Assembly (NCBI GenBank): GCA_002783385.1
Contig: PFFX01000158.1
Coordinates: 1 to 40,757, forward strand
Source of the DNA: Rhodobacterales bacterium CG15_BIG_FIL_POST_REV_8_21_14_020_59_13
GTDB lineage: Bacteria; Pseudomonadota; Alphaproteobacteria; Caulobacterales; Maricaulaceae
Direction of reading: 5' to 3'
DNA: 40,757 nucleotides
Shown here: one piece after another, positions 1 to 10,230 of the stretch
Layout: each line of letters opens with the position of its first letter
How positions within the stretch are numbered: the first letter of the stretch is position 1
Notes under the pieces: model-generated
Told to the model about the DNA's origin: nothing
Databases searched by the model: none
The model's input: the letters and a program-made list of their open reading frames with translations, nothing else
Translations under genes and position numbers: made by a program

Positions 1-1472
1 CACCACTTCTCCGGCCTGTTCTTGAATCCAGCGGCATCTTCCAGGGCCGCGCCGACCGAGAACATCGTCGCTTCATCCAGCGCCGGCGTGATCACCTGCA
101 GGCCCAGCGGCAGACCAGACGCATCCAGCCCCGCCGGAACGGACATGGCCGGAACCCCGGCGATATTCGCCGTCACGGTGAAGATGTCATTGAGATACAT
201 GGAGATCGGATCAGCCGATATCGATCCCAGCTCGAACGCCGCAGACGGCGTTGAGGGCGTCAGCAGCGCATCGCATTGCTCGAAAGCCTGATCAAAATCC
301 TCCAGAATACGGCGGCGGACTTTCAACGCCTTGAGATAATAGGCGTCATAATATCCTGCCGACAGAACATAGGTGCCCATCAGGATACGGCGCTGGACTT
401 CATGTCCGAAACCTTCGCCGCGTGTCTTTTCATAGGTCTCGGTCAGGTCCTGACCTTCAACCCGCAGCCCGTATCGCATGCCGTCATAGCGTGCGAGGTT
501 GGACGAGGCTTCGGCCGGATTGATGATGTAATAGGTCGGCAGCGCGTATTTCGTGTGTGGCAGGGAGACATCGACAATCTCGCAACCGGCCGCTTTCAGC
601 CAGTCGACGCCCTGCTGCCACAGCGTCTCGATCTCCGCGGGCATGCCGTCCATGCGGTATTCTTTCGGCACGCCGATTTTCTTGCCTTTGACCGACGCAG
701 CCGCCGCAGTCACAAAGTCAGGCACATCCAGAGGCAAGGAGGTCGATTCTTTCGGATCATGACCGGACATGGCCTGCATCAGAATGGCGGCATCCTTCAC
801 CGTTTTGGCGAACGGACCCGGATGATCCAGCGAGGAGGCAAACGCCACGGCGCCCCAGCGCGAGGCCCGGCCATAGGTGGCCTTCACGCCCACTGTGCCG
901 GTAAAGGCTGCGGGCTGGCGGATGGACCCGCCGGTATCAGTGCCCGTAGCGCCAAAGCAGAGATTGGCCGCGACTGCCGCCGCCGATCCGCCTGACGATC
1001 CGCCTGGTGTCAACTTCGCTTCCGAACCTTTGGCCCGCCACGGATTAATGACATTGCCATAAAAGGAGGTCTCGTTCGACGAGCCCATGGCGAACTCGTC
1101 CATATTCGTCTTGCCGAGGAAAACGCCGCCTTCGGCCCAGAGCTTCGATGTGACGGTTGATTCATAGGGCGGCTTGAACCCGTCCAGAATATGCGAGCAA
1201 GCGGTCGTCGGCACACCGTCCACCGCGAACAGGTCTTTTACGGCAATCGGCGCGCCTTCGATCAAGCCGCCCTCGCCCTTGGCAAGGCGGTCATCGGACG
1301 CCTTTGCCATGGTCAGCGTTTTGCCGTGGTCAAAAGACGTAAAGGCATTCAACGCGCCTTGTGAAGCCTCCGCGGCATCAAGCGCCGCCATTGCCACCTC
1401 GGTCGCGGAAATCTCGCGGGCTTTCAGTTTCGCGGTGATATCCGCAAGCGAAAGAGTAAGAAAATCAGTCAT
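1..1472 (-). CDS. gatA: Asp-tRNA(Asn)/Glu-tRNA(Gln) amidotransferase subunit A (3' end runs just off the window)
   Basis: Not in the ORF track because the stop is outside the window. Manual translation from ATG at 1472 gives [11 protein letters not shown]..., the amidase signature [21 protein letters not shown], and a C-terminus ...[10 protein letters not shown] at the window edge. Directly downstream of gatC. Confidence 0.95.
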   Translation of the reverse strand, partial: MTDFLTLSLADITAKLKAREISATEVAMAALDAAEASQGALNAFTSFDHGKTLTMAKASDDRLAKGEGGLIEGAPIAVKDLFAVDGVPTTACSHILDGFKPPYESTVTSKLWAEGGVFLGKTNMDEFAMGSSNETSFYGNVINPWRAKGSEAKLTPGGSSGGSAAAVAANLCFGATGTDTGGSIRQPAAFTGTVGVKATYGRASRWGAVAFASSLDHPGPFAKTVKDAAILMQAMSGHDPKESTSLPLDVPDFVTAAAASVKGKKIGVPKEYRMDGMPAEIETLWQQGVDWLKAAGCEIVDVSLPHTKYALPTYYIINPAEASSNLARYDGMRYGLRVEGQDLTETYEKTRGEGFGHEVQRRILMGTYVLSAGYYDAYYLKALKVRRRILEDFDQAFEQCDALLTPSTPSAAFELGSISADPISMYLNDIFTVTANIAGVPAMSVPAGLDASGLPLGLQVITPALDEATMFSVGAALEDAAGFKNRPEKW

Positions 1473-1474
1473 GA

Positions 1475-1762
1475 TTATTCGACGCTCTTGGGCACCACGA
1501 AGAAGCCCTCTTCAGAGCTCGGCGCGTTGATGAGAATTTTGTCGCGAATTCCGCCATCCGTGACAACATCCTCACGCTGGGGCAGCGGAAATCTGACCGG
1601 TGTCGTCATTGGCTCGACGCCTTCGACATCGACTTCGTTCAGTTGCTCGATCCAGTCGAGAATACCGTTCAGCTCGCCGGTTAGCGCGGCCAGACGGTCG
1701 CTCGGCTCGGAAATGCGGGCCAGCCGCGCAATGCGGCGGACATCGTCTTCAGTGACGGACAT
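1475..1762 (-). CDS. gatC: Asp/Glu-tRNA amidotransferase subunit C
   Basis: 95 aa, [17 protein letters not shown]...[17 protein letters not shown], typical GatC; adjacent to gatA. Confidence 0.96.
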   Translation of the reverse strand: MSVTEDDVRRIARLARISEPSDRLAALTGELNGILDWIEQLNEVDVEGVEPMTTPVRFPLPQREDVVTDGGIRDKILINAPSSEEGFFVVPKSVE

Positions 1763-1872
1763 GAAATGCGCCTTCTGTCATGGAGTTCATCCAGAAGCGT
1801 TCTGACTAGCAATGCCCATGCTGCAGCGCAAGAAAGCTTGACTGAAAACGGCCACTGGCGCACCCAGACAAA

Positions 1873-2316
1873 ATGACTGACGCACCCGATTTCCCAGGCA
1901 CCGGCCCGTTGCTCGCGCTTGACCCCGGTGAGAAAACCATTGGTGTCGCTGTCTGTAATGACGCCCGTACAGTAGTCACACCGGTCGAGACCATACGCCG
2001 CACAAAATTCACCGCAGATGCAAACCGGTTATTTGACCTGTTCGATGAATTTGGCTGCTCCGGGCTGATCATGGGTCTTCCGGTCAATATGGATGGCTCC
2101 ATCGGTCCACGTGCCCAGTCAGCCCGCGCCTTCGGTACCAATCTCAAACGCTTGCGTGATGTGCCGGTTCGGTTTCAGGATGAACGCTTGTCCTCCGACA
2201 AGGCCGAAGAGCGCTTGCGCGCGGCGGGTAAACGTCGGGAGGAAATTGAAAAAGTGATTGATGCTCACGCGGCCGCCGTGATTCTGGAAGATGCCATAGA
2301 AGCTTTGACCGCATGA
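1873..2316 (+). CDS. ruvX: YqgF/RuvX family nuclease (pre-16S rRNA maturation)
   Basis: LLALDPGEKTIGVA, GLPVNMDG, DERLSS and IDAHAAAVIL motifs. Confidence 0.93.
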   Translation: MTDAPDFPGTGPLLALDPGEKTIGVAVCNDARTVVTPVETIRRTKFTADANRLFDLFDEFGCSGLIMGLPVNMDGSIGPRAQSARAFGTNLKRLRDVPVRFQDERLSSDKAEERLRAAGKRREEIEKVIDAHAAAVILEDAIEALTA

Positions 2317-3239
2317 CCACTATTCTGGGCGCGCTGCTGCCGATTTTCGCGGTAATCGGTGTCGGTTGGGGCTTGCGCCGTTCCAACCTGATGCCCACAA
2401 GCATGTGGCCGGGCATTGCACGTCTGGCCTATGTCGGCCTTTCCCCGGCTTTGCTTTTCTCGGTTATTTCACGTGCTGATTTTGCCAGCATCACCGTTGC
2501 CCCCGCTGTGCTGGCGGCGGCACTGGGGTTTATCTCTATGGGCGCACTCGTGATCGCCATGAAACCCCTCATCAAGACTGACGGTCCGGCATTTACCAGT
2601 GTCTTTCAGGGCTCTGTGCGCTGGAACGGGCTGGTGATACTGGCTCTTGCGACCCTGTCCTATGGGCTCGACGGCGAAGTCCTGGTTTCGCTCATCATGG
2701 TCGCCACCATTCCTGTTGTGAATGTCATGGTGGTCACCGTGCTGACGATCTGGGGGGCGCATGACAAAACGCCTGACATCAAGGCCGTCCTTTGGCGGAT
2801 TATCTCCAATCCCTTGATCCTCGGCTGCATTGCTGGCGGTATCGCCAATCTTCTGGGCCTGTTCCAGACTGGCCCGATCGCAGACGTACTGGCGCTGATG
2901 GGACGTGCCGCCCTGCCCCTTATCCTTCTGGCCGTTGGGGCCGGACTGGATTTCACTGCACTGAACGCCCGGCGTGGCCTGCTGGCTTTGACCGCCTTTA
3001 ACAAGTTGATCTTTGCCCCTTTGATATTCGGCGGTATTGCCTGGGCTCTGGGCGTTCGCGGCGAAGCGTTTGCGATTGTTGTGCTGATCGGAGCGTCACC
3101 GGGTGCCGCCTCTGCCTATGTTCTGGCGCAGCAGCTCGGCGGGGACCGGCGGCTTTCTGCGGGGGATGTCACAGTCACCACGCTCCTGTCCTTTGTCACC
3201 CTGCCTGTCGCTGTCTGGATCGCAACCCAGATCGGCTAG
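2313..3239 (+). CDS. AEC (auxin efflux carrier/malate permease-like) family transporter
   Basis: 308 aa with about 10 hydrophobic segments; SVFQGSVRWN, NPLILG and SAYVLAQQLGGD motifs; ATGA overlap with ruvX. Confidence 0.85.
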   Translation: MTTILGALLPIFAVIGVGWGLRRSNLMPTSMWPGIARLAYVGLSPALLFSVISRADFASITVAPAVLAAALGFISMGALVIAMKPLIKTDGPAFTSVFQGSVRWNGLVILALATLSYGLDGEVLVSLIMVATIPVVNVMVVTVLTIWGAHDKTPDIKAVLWRIISNPLILGCIAGGIANLLGLFQTGPIADVLALMGRAALPLILLAVGAGLDFTALNARRGLLALTAFNKLIFAPLIFGGIAWALGVRGEAFAIVVLIGASPGAASAYVLAQQLGGDRRLSAGDVTVTTLLSFVTLPVAVWIATQIG

Positions 3240-3302
3240 AGGCAGATCCGGTCATCTCACGGATTTTCATTGCTTTCTCCACATCCGCCTGAAGCCAGTG
3301 AC

Positions 3303-3331
3303 TTGCCCGAAACCGGTGCGCACCCTATACC
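3303..3331 (+). promoter_or_regulatory. putative sigma70 promoter of the pyrB operon
   Basis: TTGCCC-N17-TATACC, 25 nt upstream of the pyrB ATG. Confidence 0.45.
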
Positions 3332-3355
3332 GCCCGAAATCAGCTGGGAATTCAC

Positions 3356-4324
3356 ATGGGTCGCGCTGACTTCAGTTATGACTTTCCGCATGACCGTCTC
3401 ATCACGGTCGATGACCTCAATCCTTTGGATATCCAGATCCTGTTTGACCGCGCCGATTACTGGCTCGCGATCAATCAGTCACCGGACAAGAAGCACGACG
3501 CACTCCGGGGGCTGACGCAGATCAATCTGTTTTTCGAGCCCTCGACGCGGACCCTTGCCTCCTTCGAACTCGCCGGCAAACGCCTTGGTGCAGATGTCGT
3601 CAACTTCTCCGCCGGCAATTCCTCGGCAAAGAAAGGCGAGACCCTCGCTGACACCGCCCGCACACTCGCAGCCATGCGGCCTGACCTGATCGTGGTGCGC
3701 CATGAGACGTCAGGCGCGGCAGACTTCATCCACCGCGAAACCGGCCTTGCCACCATCAATGCCGGCGATGGCATGCACTCACACCCGACACAGGGCTTGC
3801 TGGACCTGTTCGCACTCACCCGCCGCATCGGCGATGTTGGCGGCAAGCGTGTGCTGATTGTCGGCGACATTCTGCATAGCCGTGTCGCGCGGTCCGATGT
3901 CGGAATGCTAAATCTGCTTGGTGCGGAAATCCGCTTATGCGCCCCGCCGACCCTTCTGCCTACCGATGTCGATCGCTGGGGCGCAGAAATCTTCCATGAT
4001 CTTGATGACGCCCTCGATGACTGCGATGCGGTGATCACGCTGCGCCTGCAAAAAGAGCGCATGAGCGGAGCCCGGATTCCATCCGCCCGCGAGTATTTTC
4101 ACTTCTGGGGTGTGACCTCGCGCCGGTTGGAGCTGGCCCATCCCGATTGCGTGGTCATGCATCCCGGGCCCATGAACCGCAATGTCGAGATTGAAAGCGG
4201 ACTCGCCGATAATTCTGATCGCAGCCTCATTCTCGATCAGGTCGAAGCCGGCGTGGCCATCCGCATGGCCGTCCTCGAACAACTGGGACAGCGCGTCCGC
4301 AAGAATGCGGGGCCGGGCCTATGA
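3356..4324 (+). CDS. pyrB: aspartate carbamoyltransferase catalytic subunit
   Basis: FFEPSTRT, HPTQ, GDILHSRVARS and MHPGPMNR motifs. Confidence 0.97.
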   Translation: MGRADFSYDFPHDRLITVDDLNPLDIQILFDRADYWLAINQSPDKKHDALRGLTQINLFFEPSTRTLASFELAGKRLGADVVNFSAGNSSAKKGETLADTARTLAAMRPDLIVVRHETSGAADFIHRETGLATINAGDGMHSHPTQGLLDLFALTRRIGDVGGKRVLIVGDILHSRVARSDVGMLNLLGAEIRLCAPPTLLPTDVDRWGAEIFHDLDDALDDCDAVITLRLQKERMSGARIPSAREYFHFWGVTSRRLELAHPDCVVMHPGPMNRNVEIESGLADNSDRSLILDQVEAGVAIRMAVLEQLGQRVRKNAGPGL

Positions 4325-5598
4325 GCGCCATCACGATCCGCAATGCCCGCATTGTCGATCCGGCCAGTGGCCGTGACGAACTGGCCAGCCTGCGCGTCGA
4401 GAACGGACTCATTGCGGACATCGGCGAAGGGATCGCGCAAGACAGCGATCACATCATTGATGCGAAGGGGGCCATTCTCGCGCCGGCCCTGATCGATCTT
4501 CGCGCCGCCATCGAACCGGCATTTACCCCCGGCGGTGAGACACTCGACAGTCTTGCCCGGGCCGCTTCTGCGAGCGGCATAGGAACAATGGTGATATCGC
4601 CAACTTCCGACATGCCCATGGACCAGCCGGAGACCATTACCAGCCTGCGGGCGGCCGCTTTACCGCTCCCGGTCCGGATCCTGATCTGCGGTGGCGCTAC
4701 CAAGGGCCTGGCAGGGGAAACAATCTCCGAACTCGGGCTGATGGCGGCCAGCGGTGCGGCATTCGTTTCGCAAGGCAATGGCCCCATTTCCGATACCGTC
4801 ACCCTGCGGAACCTGTTCAGCTACGCGTCGGGCTTCGAGCTCTGGGTGGCGTGCCCACCCCGGGATCCGGGCCTGTCCCGCAATACTGTAGCGGCAGAGG
4901 GCGAAGCGGCGGCGCGTTTGGGCCTCAATGTGGAGCCCACCGTCTCCGAGCGCATCGCGGTTGATCGTGATACCTCCCTTGCAGAGCTGACCGGCGCACG
5001 CCTGATGATCGACCGGGTCTCGACCCGAGACGGTGTTGACGCCATTTCCCGCGCCCGCAAGCGCGGTATCGAGATTTGCGCGACCGCCTCCATCGCCAGC
5101 CTTGTGTTGAATGCGGTTGATGCCGACGGCCTCGATCCGGCCTTCCGTCTGTCCCCGCCGCTGCGTCACGAGGATGATCGCCGTGCGCTTGTCGCCGCGA
5201 TTGAAAGCGGGCTCATCGATGCCGTGGTCTCCGACCATCGTCCGCTGGATCTGGACCGGAAAGCCCAACCTTTTGCCAAAGCCACCCCAGGCTCGATTTC
5301 CATCGAAACCCTGCTGGCCGCGATGCTGGGCCTGGTTCATGAAGAAGAACTGGATCTGGCCTCCGCCTTGCGTCCTCTGACCAACGGCCCGGCCGAATTG
5401 CTGGGCTTGCCGCAAGGGCGGCTGGAAGAAGGCGCTCCGGCTGACCTCGTTTTGATTGATGGTGATGCGCCCTGGGTGTTCAACACACGCAGCAGCGCCT
5501 CCGCCCGCCGTAATTCGGCCTGGCACAACAGGCGTTTTCAGGGCCGGGTCTTGATGACAATGGTCGATGGGGGCATTATATACAACCTGAAAGGGTAA
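4321..5598 (+). CDS. pyrC: dihydroorotase-like protein (probably inactive PyrC')
   Basis: Amidohydrolase fold motifs (DAKGAILAPALID, PPLR..DR, SDH.P, GAPADLVL); coupled to pyrB; metal-binding His residues substituted. Confidence 0.85.
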   Translation: MSAITIRNARIVDPASGRDELASLRVENGLIADIGEGIAQDSDHIIDAKGAILAPALIDLRAAIEPAFTPGGETLDSLARAASASGIGTMVISPTSDMPMDQPETITSLRAAALPLPVRILICGGATKGLAGETISELGLMAASGAAFVSQGNGPISDTVTLRNLFSYASGFELWVACPPRDPGLSRNTVAAEGEAAARLGLNVEPTVSERIAVDRDTSLAELTGARLMIDRVSTRDGVDAISRARKRGIEICATASIASLVLNAVDADGLDPAFRLSPPLRHEDDRRALVAAIESGLIDAVVSDHRPLDLDRKAQPFAKATPGSISIETLLAAMLGLVHEEELDLASALRPLTNGPAELLGLPQGRLEEGAPADLVLIDGDAPWVFNTRSSASARRNSAWHNRRFQGRVLMTMVDGGIIYNLKG

Positions 5599-5604
5599 TG
5601 TGTT

Positions 5605-6210
5605 ATGACGGGCTGGGAAATCATCGCAATCACGATTGCCGCCATCGGGGGCTATCTTCTGGGCTCCATCCCCTTTGGCCTGGTTCTGACCCGGCTCGCC
5701 GGACTGGGTGATATCCGTAAAATCGGATCAAACAATATCGGCGCAACCAATGTCCTGCGCACAGGCCGCAAGGACCTTGCCGCCGCCACCCTCATCCTTG
5801 ATGCTGCCAAGGCCGGTATCGCAGCCCTGATCTTCAGCGCGCTTTTTGGGACAACCGCCGGGCTCGTCGCGGGCGGCGCGGCGTTTCTGGGACATTGTTT
5901 TCCGGTCTGGCTGGGATTCAAGGGCGGTAAAGGCGTTGCCACCTTCTACGGAACGCTGTTTGCCGCAGCCTGGCCGGTCGCCATTCTGGCTGCACTCTCC
6001 TGGATCGGCATGGCGCTGATGTTGCGGATATCATCCCTCAGCGCACTGGTGGCCGCTGCCCTTGCTCCACTAATCGCCTATGCGTTCGGCCGGATGGATG
6101 TTGCGATCCTGTGCCTCTTTCTGGCACTCCTTATCTTCTGGCGGCATCGTGCGAATATATCGCGCCTTCTTGCAGGTGAGGAACCAGTCATTGGCGCAAA
6201 GAAAGCGTGA
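5605..6210 (+). CDS. plsY: glycerol-3-phosphate acyltransferase PlsY
   Basis: [37 protein letters not shown] and HRANI.RL motifs. Confidence 0.96.
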   Translation: MTGWEIIAITIAAIGGYLLGSIPFGLVLTRLAGLGDIRKIGSNNIGATNVLRTGRKDLAAATLILDAAKAGIAALIFSALFGTTAGLVAGGAAFLGHCFPVWLGFKGGKGVATFYGTLFAAAWPVAILAALSWIGMALMLRISSLSALVAAALAPLIAYAFGRMDVAILCLFLALLIFWRHRANISRLLAGEEPVIGAKKA

Positions 6211-7328
6211 AACACCGCGAACTGACCCATGCCGGGCGCGTCGACTGGCTGCGTCTTGGCCGCACACCGCAGGTGGGTCCGGTCACTTTTGCAAAATTGA
6301 TTGAACGCTACGGTACAGCGAGCGAGGCCCTTGAAGCCCTGCCCGGACTGGCAGCCAAGGGCGGCCGCGTCAACGCCTTGAAAATCGTCAGCCGTGATGA
6401 GGCCGAAGCCGAATTATCCGCCACTGAAGAATTCGGCGCGCGCATGCTGATGGCGTGCGAGCCGGATTACCCGTCCTTGCTGGCGGTTCTCGATCCTCCG
6501 CCACCAGTGATTTCGGTTCAAGGCCGCCTTGAACCCGACGCATCGCCCTGTTGCGCCATTGTGGGCTCCCGCAATGCCTCCGCCATCGGCGTCCGGCTTG
6601 CGCGGGATATGGCCAGAGAGCTCGGTCTCGCGGGCATCACCATTGTTTCGGGACTAGCGCGCGGCATTGATGGTGCGGCACATACCGGCTCGATTGAAAC
6701 GGGAACGATTGCTGTCCTCGCCAGCGGGCTTGATTACATCTACCCGCCTGAACATGCTGAACTGCATCACGACATCGCCCGCCGCGGTCTTCTGGTATCG
6801 GAATCGCCACTTGGCGCCGTGCCGGCCGCACGCGATTTTCCGCGCCGTAACCGGCTGATTTCGGGCCTGTCGCTCGGCACTGTCATAATCGAAGCCGCCA
6901 TGCGCTCCGGCTCGTTGATTACCGCGCGGCTGGCCGCCGAGCAGGGCCGTGAAGTCATGGCCACGCCGGGTTCCCCGCTGGATCCGCGTGCCAAAGGCAG
7001 CAACAGGCTGATCCGCGAAGGGGCGGCGCTGATCGAGAGCGCCGGCGATGTGCTCGATATCCTGCGCCAGGCCAAGCGGCCCGTAGCCGCAGAGTCTGAT
7101 ACGCCTGAATACGAGACAGAGCTGAATGAAGAGCCGGATGCCGGTGCGCGCGCCCGTATTACCGATTTACTCTCACCCTCTCCTGTGTCCATTGATGAAC
7201 TGGTGCGCCAGTCCGGCGCGAGCGCAGGTGAAGTGCATGGTGTTCTTATCGAGCTGGAACTCGCGGGACGCGCGACCGTCCTGCCCGGCGGTCAGGTCCA
7301 GACATGCTATCCCGATGATCAGGATTGA
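6207..7328 (+). CDS. dprA: DNA-processing protein DprA
   Basis: GTG start overlapping the plsY stop; [31 protein letters not shown] and SGSLITA motifs; C-terminal winged helix. Confidence 0.95.
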   Translation: MKHRELTHAGRVDWLRLGRTPQVGPVTFAKLIERYGTASEALEALPGLAAKGGRVNALKIVSRDEAEAELSATEEFGARMLMACEPDYPSLLAVLDPPPPVISVQGRLEPDASPCCAIVGSRNASAIGVRLARDMARELGLAGITIVSGLARGIDGAAHTGSIETGTIAVLASGLDYIYPPEHAELHHDIARRGLLVSESPLGAVPAARDFPRRNRLISGLSLGTVIIEAAMRSGSLITARLAAEQGREVMATPGSPLDPRAKGSNRLIREGAALIESAGDVLDILRQAKRPVAAESDTPEYETELNEEPDAGARARITDLLSPSPVSIDELVRQSGASAGEVHGVLIELELAGRATVLPGGQVQTCYPDDQD

Positions 7329-7501
7329 TGACGACCCGATTCCAGTGCCAGCAAAGGAATTGCCGCCTCAATCAACTCACCGGACCGGTTCAACCCTGCT
7401 TGACGCGAAAGCTCTGCCAGCTCTCCGAGTAATTCGGAAACAAAATCGGCCGCCTGTTGGGGCGGCAAAGATTCGCATTTACTTGCCAGTTGCGATTTCA
7501 T
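7319..7501 (-). CDS. small hypothetical helical protein (60 aa)
   Basis: ATG preceded by GGGAG SD; amphipathic helix pattern AADFVSELLGELAELSRQAGL; fills otherwise empty intergenic space. Confidence 0.5.
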   Translation of the reverse strand: MKSQLASKCESLPPQQAADFVSELLGELAELSRQAGLNRSGELIEAAIPLLALESGRHQS

Positions 7502-7549
7502 GGAACTCCCCAGCTCGCTTTAGAGGGGAATGTATTACGTAAACGACTT

Positions 7550-7564
7550 ATAATTGCAAGTTAA
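7550..7564 (-). promoter_or_regulatory. CtrA-like box (TTAA-N7-TTAT)
   Basis: Minus strand TTAActtgcaaTTAT in an AT-rich patch, about 50 nt upstream of the small ORF. Confidence 0.4.
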
Positions 7565-7573
7565 AGTGGTCTG

Positions 7574-7602
7574 TTGACACACCTGTTAGCCTCCATCAGT
7601 TT
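7574..7602 (+). promoter_or_regulatory. putative sigma70 promoter of topA
   Basis: Perfect TTGACA at 7574 with CAGTTT 17 nt downstream. Confidence 0.45.
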
Positions 7603-7656
7603 CCGCCGCCATTTACCGGGCTATCGTCCCGGCCAGATTTATCCGGAAGTCATTGA

Positions 7657-10230
7657 ATGAACGTCGTTGTCGTCGAATCGCCTGCCAAAGCCAAAACCAT
7701 CGGAAAATATCTCGGAAAGGACTATGAGGTCTTTGCCAGTTTCGGCCATGTCCGCGATTTGCCACCCAAGGATGGTTCGGTAAAGCCGGACGAAGACTTT
7801 GCGATGACTTGGGAAGTCGATGCCCAGTCGCAAAAGCGCCTCAAGGCGATCGCTGATGCTGTCAGGAATGCGGACCGCCTCGTTCTGGCAACCGACCCGG
7901 ATCGCGAAGGCGAGGCCATTTCCTGGCACTTGCTGGAAGCGCTGACCAAGCGCCGCGTCCTTAACGGTGTCGAAGTCCAGCGAGTTGCGTTCAATGCCAT
8001 CACCAAGACCGCCATTCTGGAAGCCATGCGCCATCCCCGCGCAGTCGATATGGAACTGGTCGAGGCTTACCTCGCCCGCCGTGCACTCGACTATCTGGTC
8101 GGCTTTACCTTGTCGCCAGTGCTCTGGCGTAAACTGCCGGGGGCGCGTTCTGCCGGACGGGTGCAGTCTGTTGCGCTGCGCATCGTCTGCGACCGCGAGC
8201 TGGAAATCGAGAAATTCCGTACTGAAGAATACTGGTCAGTTGATGCAGATCTTGTCTCTGGCGGCAGCCAGCTTTTCCGCGCTCGTCTAGTGCAGTTCGA
8301 TGGCAAGAAACTGTCAAAACTGTCCATCAATGACCGCGCCACAGCGACTGCGGCAGCCGATGCGATCAAAGCGGCCAACCTGACGATTTCGGCGGTCGAA
8401 GCCAAGCCGGCCAAGCGCAACCCGCCACCTCCTTTCACCACCTCCACGCTGCAGCAGGAAGCCTCGCGCAAGCTGGGCTTCAATGCGCAGCGCACCATGC
8501 GGACCGCGCAGAAACTGTATGAAGGCGTAAATCTCGGCGGAGAAACCGTCGGCCTCATCACCTATATGCGGACGGACGGCGTCGATATGGCGGCTGAAGC
8601 CATTACCCAGGTCCGCGACGTCATCACGACCCGTTATGGCAAGCTTTATTCACCAGGCAGCCCAAGGATCTACAAGTCCAAGCAACGCAATGCCCAGGAA
8701 GCCCACGAGGCGATCCGCCCGACCAGTTTTTCCCGGGCCCCGGAAGATTTGCACCTCGATGAGGATCAGCACCGCCTCTATGAGCTGATCTGGAAACGCG
8801 CTGTCGCAAGCCAGATGGAAAGTGCGCGTTTCGAGCGCACCACGATTGATATTGAGGCCGCTGACAAAAAGCTCTCCTTGCGCGCCACCGGCTCGGTCCT
8901 GTTGTTTGATGGCTTCCTGACGCTTTATCAGGAAGGCCGCGATGATGAGGATGAAGAAGGCGAAACACGCCTGCCGAAAGTAACCAATGGCGCCTCGGCC
9001 GAAGCAAAGAAAACCCACACCGATCAACACTTCACCCAGCCGCCCCCGCGCTACACAGAAGCTTCGCTGGTCAAGCGCCTCGAAGAGCTCGGCATCGGCC
9101 GGCCATCAACCTATGCCTCCACACTCTCGGTGCTGCGGGAGCGTGAATATGTCCGCATGGACAAGAACCGCTTCATTCCAGAAGACAAGGGCCGCGTAGT
9201 CACCGCCTTCCTCGAGAAATTCTTCGAGCGCTATGTGGAATATGATTTTACCGCCGGGCTGGAAGATCAGCTCGACCGGGTTTCGCGCGGCGATCTAGAC
9301 TGGAAAGCCCTGCTCAGAGATTTCTGGACAGAATTTTCCGGGGATGTCGACAAAATCGGCGATCTGCGGATTGGCGAGGTGCTCGAAGCACTCAATGAAG
9401 CCCTTGGACCGCATATTTTCCCCGAGAAAGAAGACGGATCAGATCCCCGCCTCTGCCCGTCCTGCAACAAGGGCCGGCTCTCCATCCGCCTTGGCAAGTT
9501 CGGAGCCTTCCTCGGCTGCGATAATTATCCCGATTGCAAATTCACTCGGCCCTTGGGCGCAACAGAAGAAAACGGCGCTGTTGAAGGCGACGGTGCGCTC
9601 GGCGAGGACCCCGAAAGCGGCGAGACCGTCTATCTTAAAGAGGGCCGCTTTGGTCCCTATGTCGAGCTCGCATTGCCAGGTGAAGAAAAACCGAAACGCT
9701 CCTCCATCCCCAAAGGCTGGGCCAAGGATGAGCTGACACTCGAAAACGCCCTGAAACTCCTCTCTTTGCCCCGCACAGTCGGCGTGCATCCCGAAGGTGG
9801 CGAAATCATCGAAGCGGGCCTCGGCCGCTATGGCCCGTTTGTGAAACATGGCCGACTCTATGCCAACCTGCCGAATATCGAGGAGGTTTTTGAAATTGGC
9901 CTGAACCGGGCTGTCACAGTCCTGGCTGAGAAGAAAGCAACACGCGGTGCACCACAGGCCCTGAAAGAGCTGGGCGAACATGAGGGTGAGCCCGTGCGGG
10001 TGATGAGCGGCCGCTATGGTCCCTATATCAAATACAAGAAAATCAATGCGACTTTGCCCAAGGATGCTGATCCGGAAACAATCGATCTGGAAACCGCGAT
10101 GAAGCTGGTCGCAGAAAAAGAAGCCAAGGGCGGCAAGAAGGCGGGCACCCGCAAAGCGCCCTCGAAGAAAAAACCGGCAGCGAAGAAGAAAGCTCCGGCA
10201 AAGAAAAAGGCGGCGGCGAAGAAGGCGTGA
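7657..10230 (+). CDS. topA: DNA topoisomerase I
   Basis: VVVESPAKAKTI, ATDPDREGEAI, SAGRVQS, catalytic ITYMRTD, one Zn ribbon (CPSC..CDNYPDC), Topo_C repeats, Lys/Ala-rich tail. Confidence 0.98.
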   Translation: MNVVVVESPAKAKTIGKYLGKDYEVFASFGHVRDLPPKDGSVKPDEDFAMTWEVDAQSQKRLKAIADAVRNADRLVLATDPDREGEAISWHLLEALTKRRVLNGVEVQRVAFNAITKTAILEAMRHPRAVDMELVEAYLARRALDYLVGFTLSPVLWRKLPGARSAGRVQSVALRIVCDRELEIEKFRTEEYWSVDADLVSGGSQLFRARLVQFDGKKLSKLSINDRATATAAADAIKAANLTISAVEAKPAKRNPPPPFTTSTLQQEASRKLGFNAQRTMRTAQKLYEGVNLGGETVGLITYMRTDGVDMAAEAITQVRDVITTRYGKLYSPGSPRIYKSKQRNAQEAHEAIRPTSFSRAPEDLHLDEDQHRLYELIWKRAVASQMESARFERTTIDIEAADKKLSLRATGSVLLFDGFLTLYQEGRDDEDEEGETRLPKVTNGASAEAKKTHTDQHFTQPPPRYTEASLVKRLEELGIGRPSTYASTLSVLREREYVRMDKNRFIPEDKGRVVTAFLEKFFERYVEYDFTAGLEDQLDRVSRGDLDWKALLRDFWTEFSGDVDKIGDLRIGEVLEALNEALGPHIFPEKEDGSDPRLCPSCNKGRLSIRLGKFGAFLGCDNYPDCKFTRPLGATEENGAVEGDGALGEDPESGETVYLKEGRFGPYVELALPGEEKPKRSSIPKGWAKDELTLENALKLLSLPRTVGVHPEGGEIIEAGLGRYGPFVKHGRLYANLPNIEEVFEIGLNRAVTVLAEKKATRGAPQALKELGEHEGEPVRVMSGRYGPYIKYKKINATLPKDADPETIDLETAMKLVAEKEAKGGKKAGTRKAPSKKKPAAKKKAPAKKKAAAKKA

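Noticed and set aside
276-995. 239-aa plus-strand ORF and other plus-strand ORFs at 1-1530
   Set aside because: Antisense shadows of gatA with no recognisable motifs; long shadow ORFs are expected in GC-rich DNA
10120-10230. Lys/Ala-rich quasi-repeats at the topA 3' end as a possible repeat array
   Set aside because: Ordinary basic C-terminal tail of alphaproteobacterial TopA; not a CRISPR or DNA repeat
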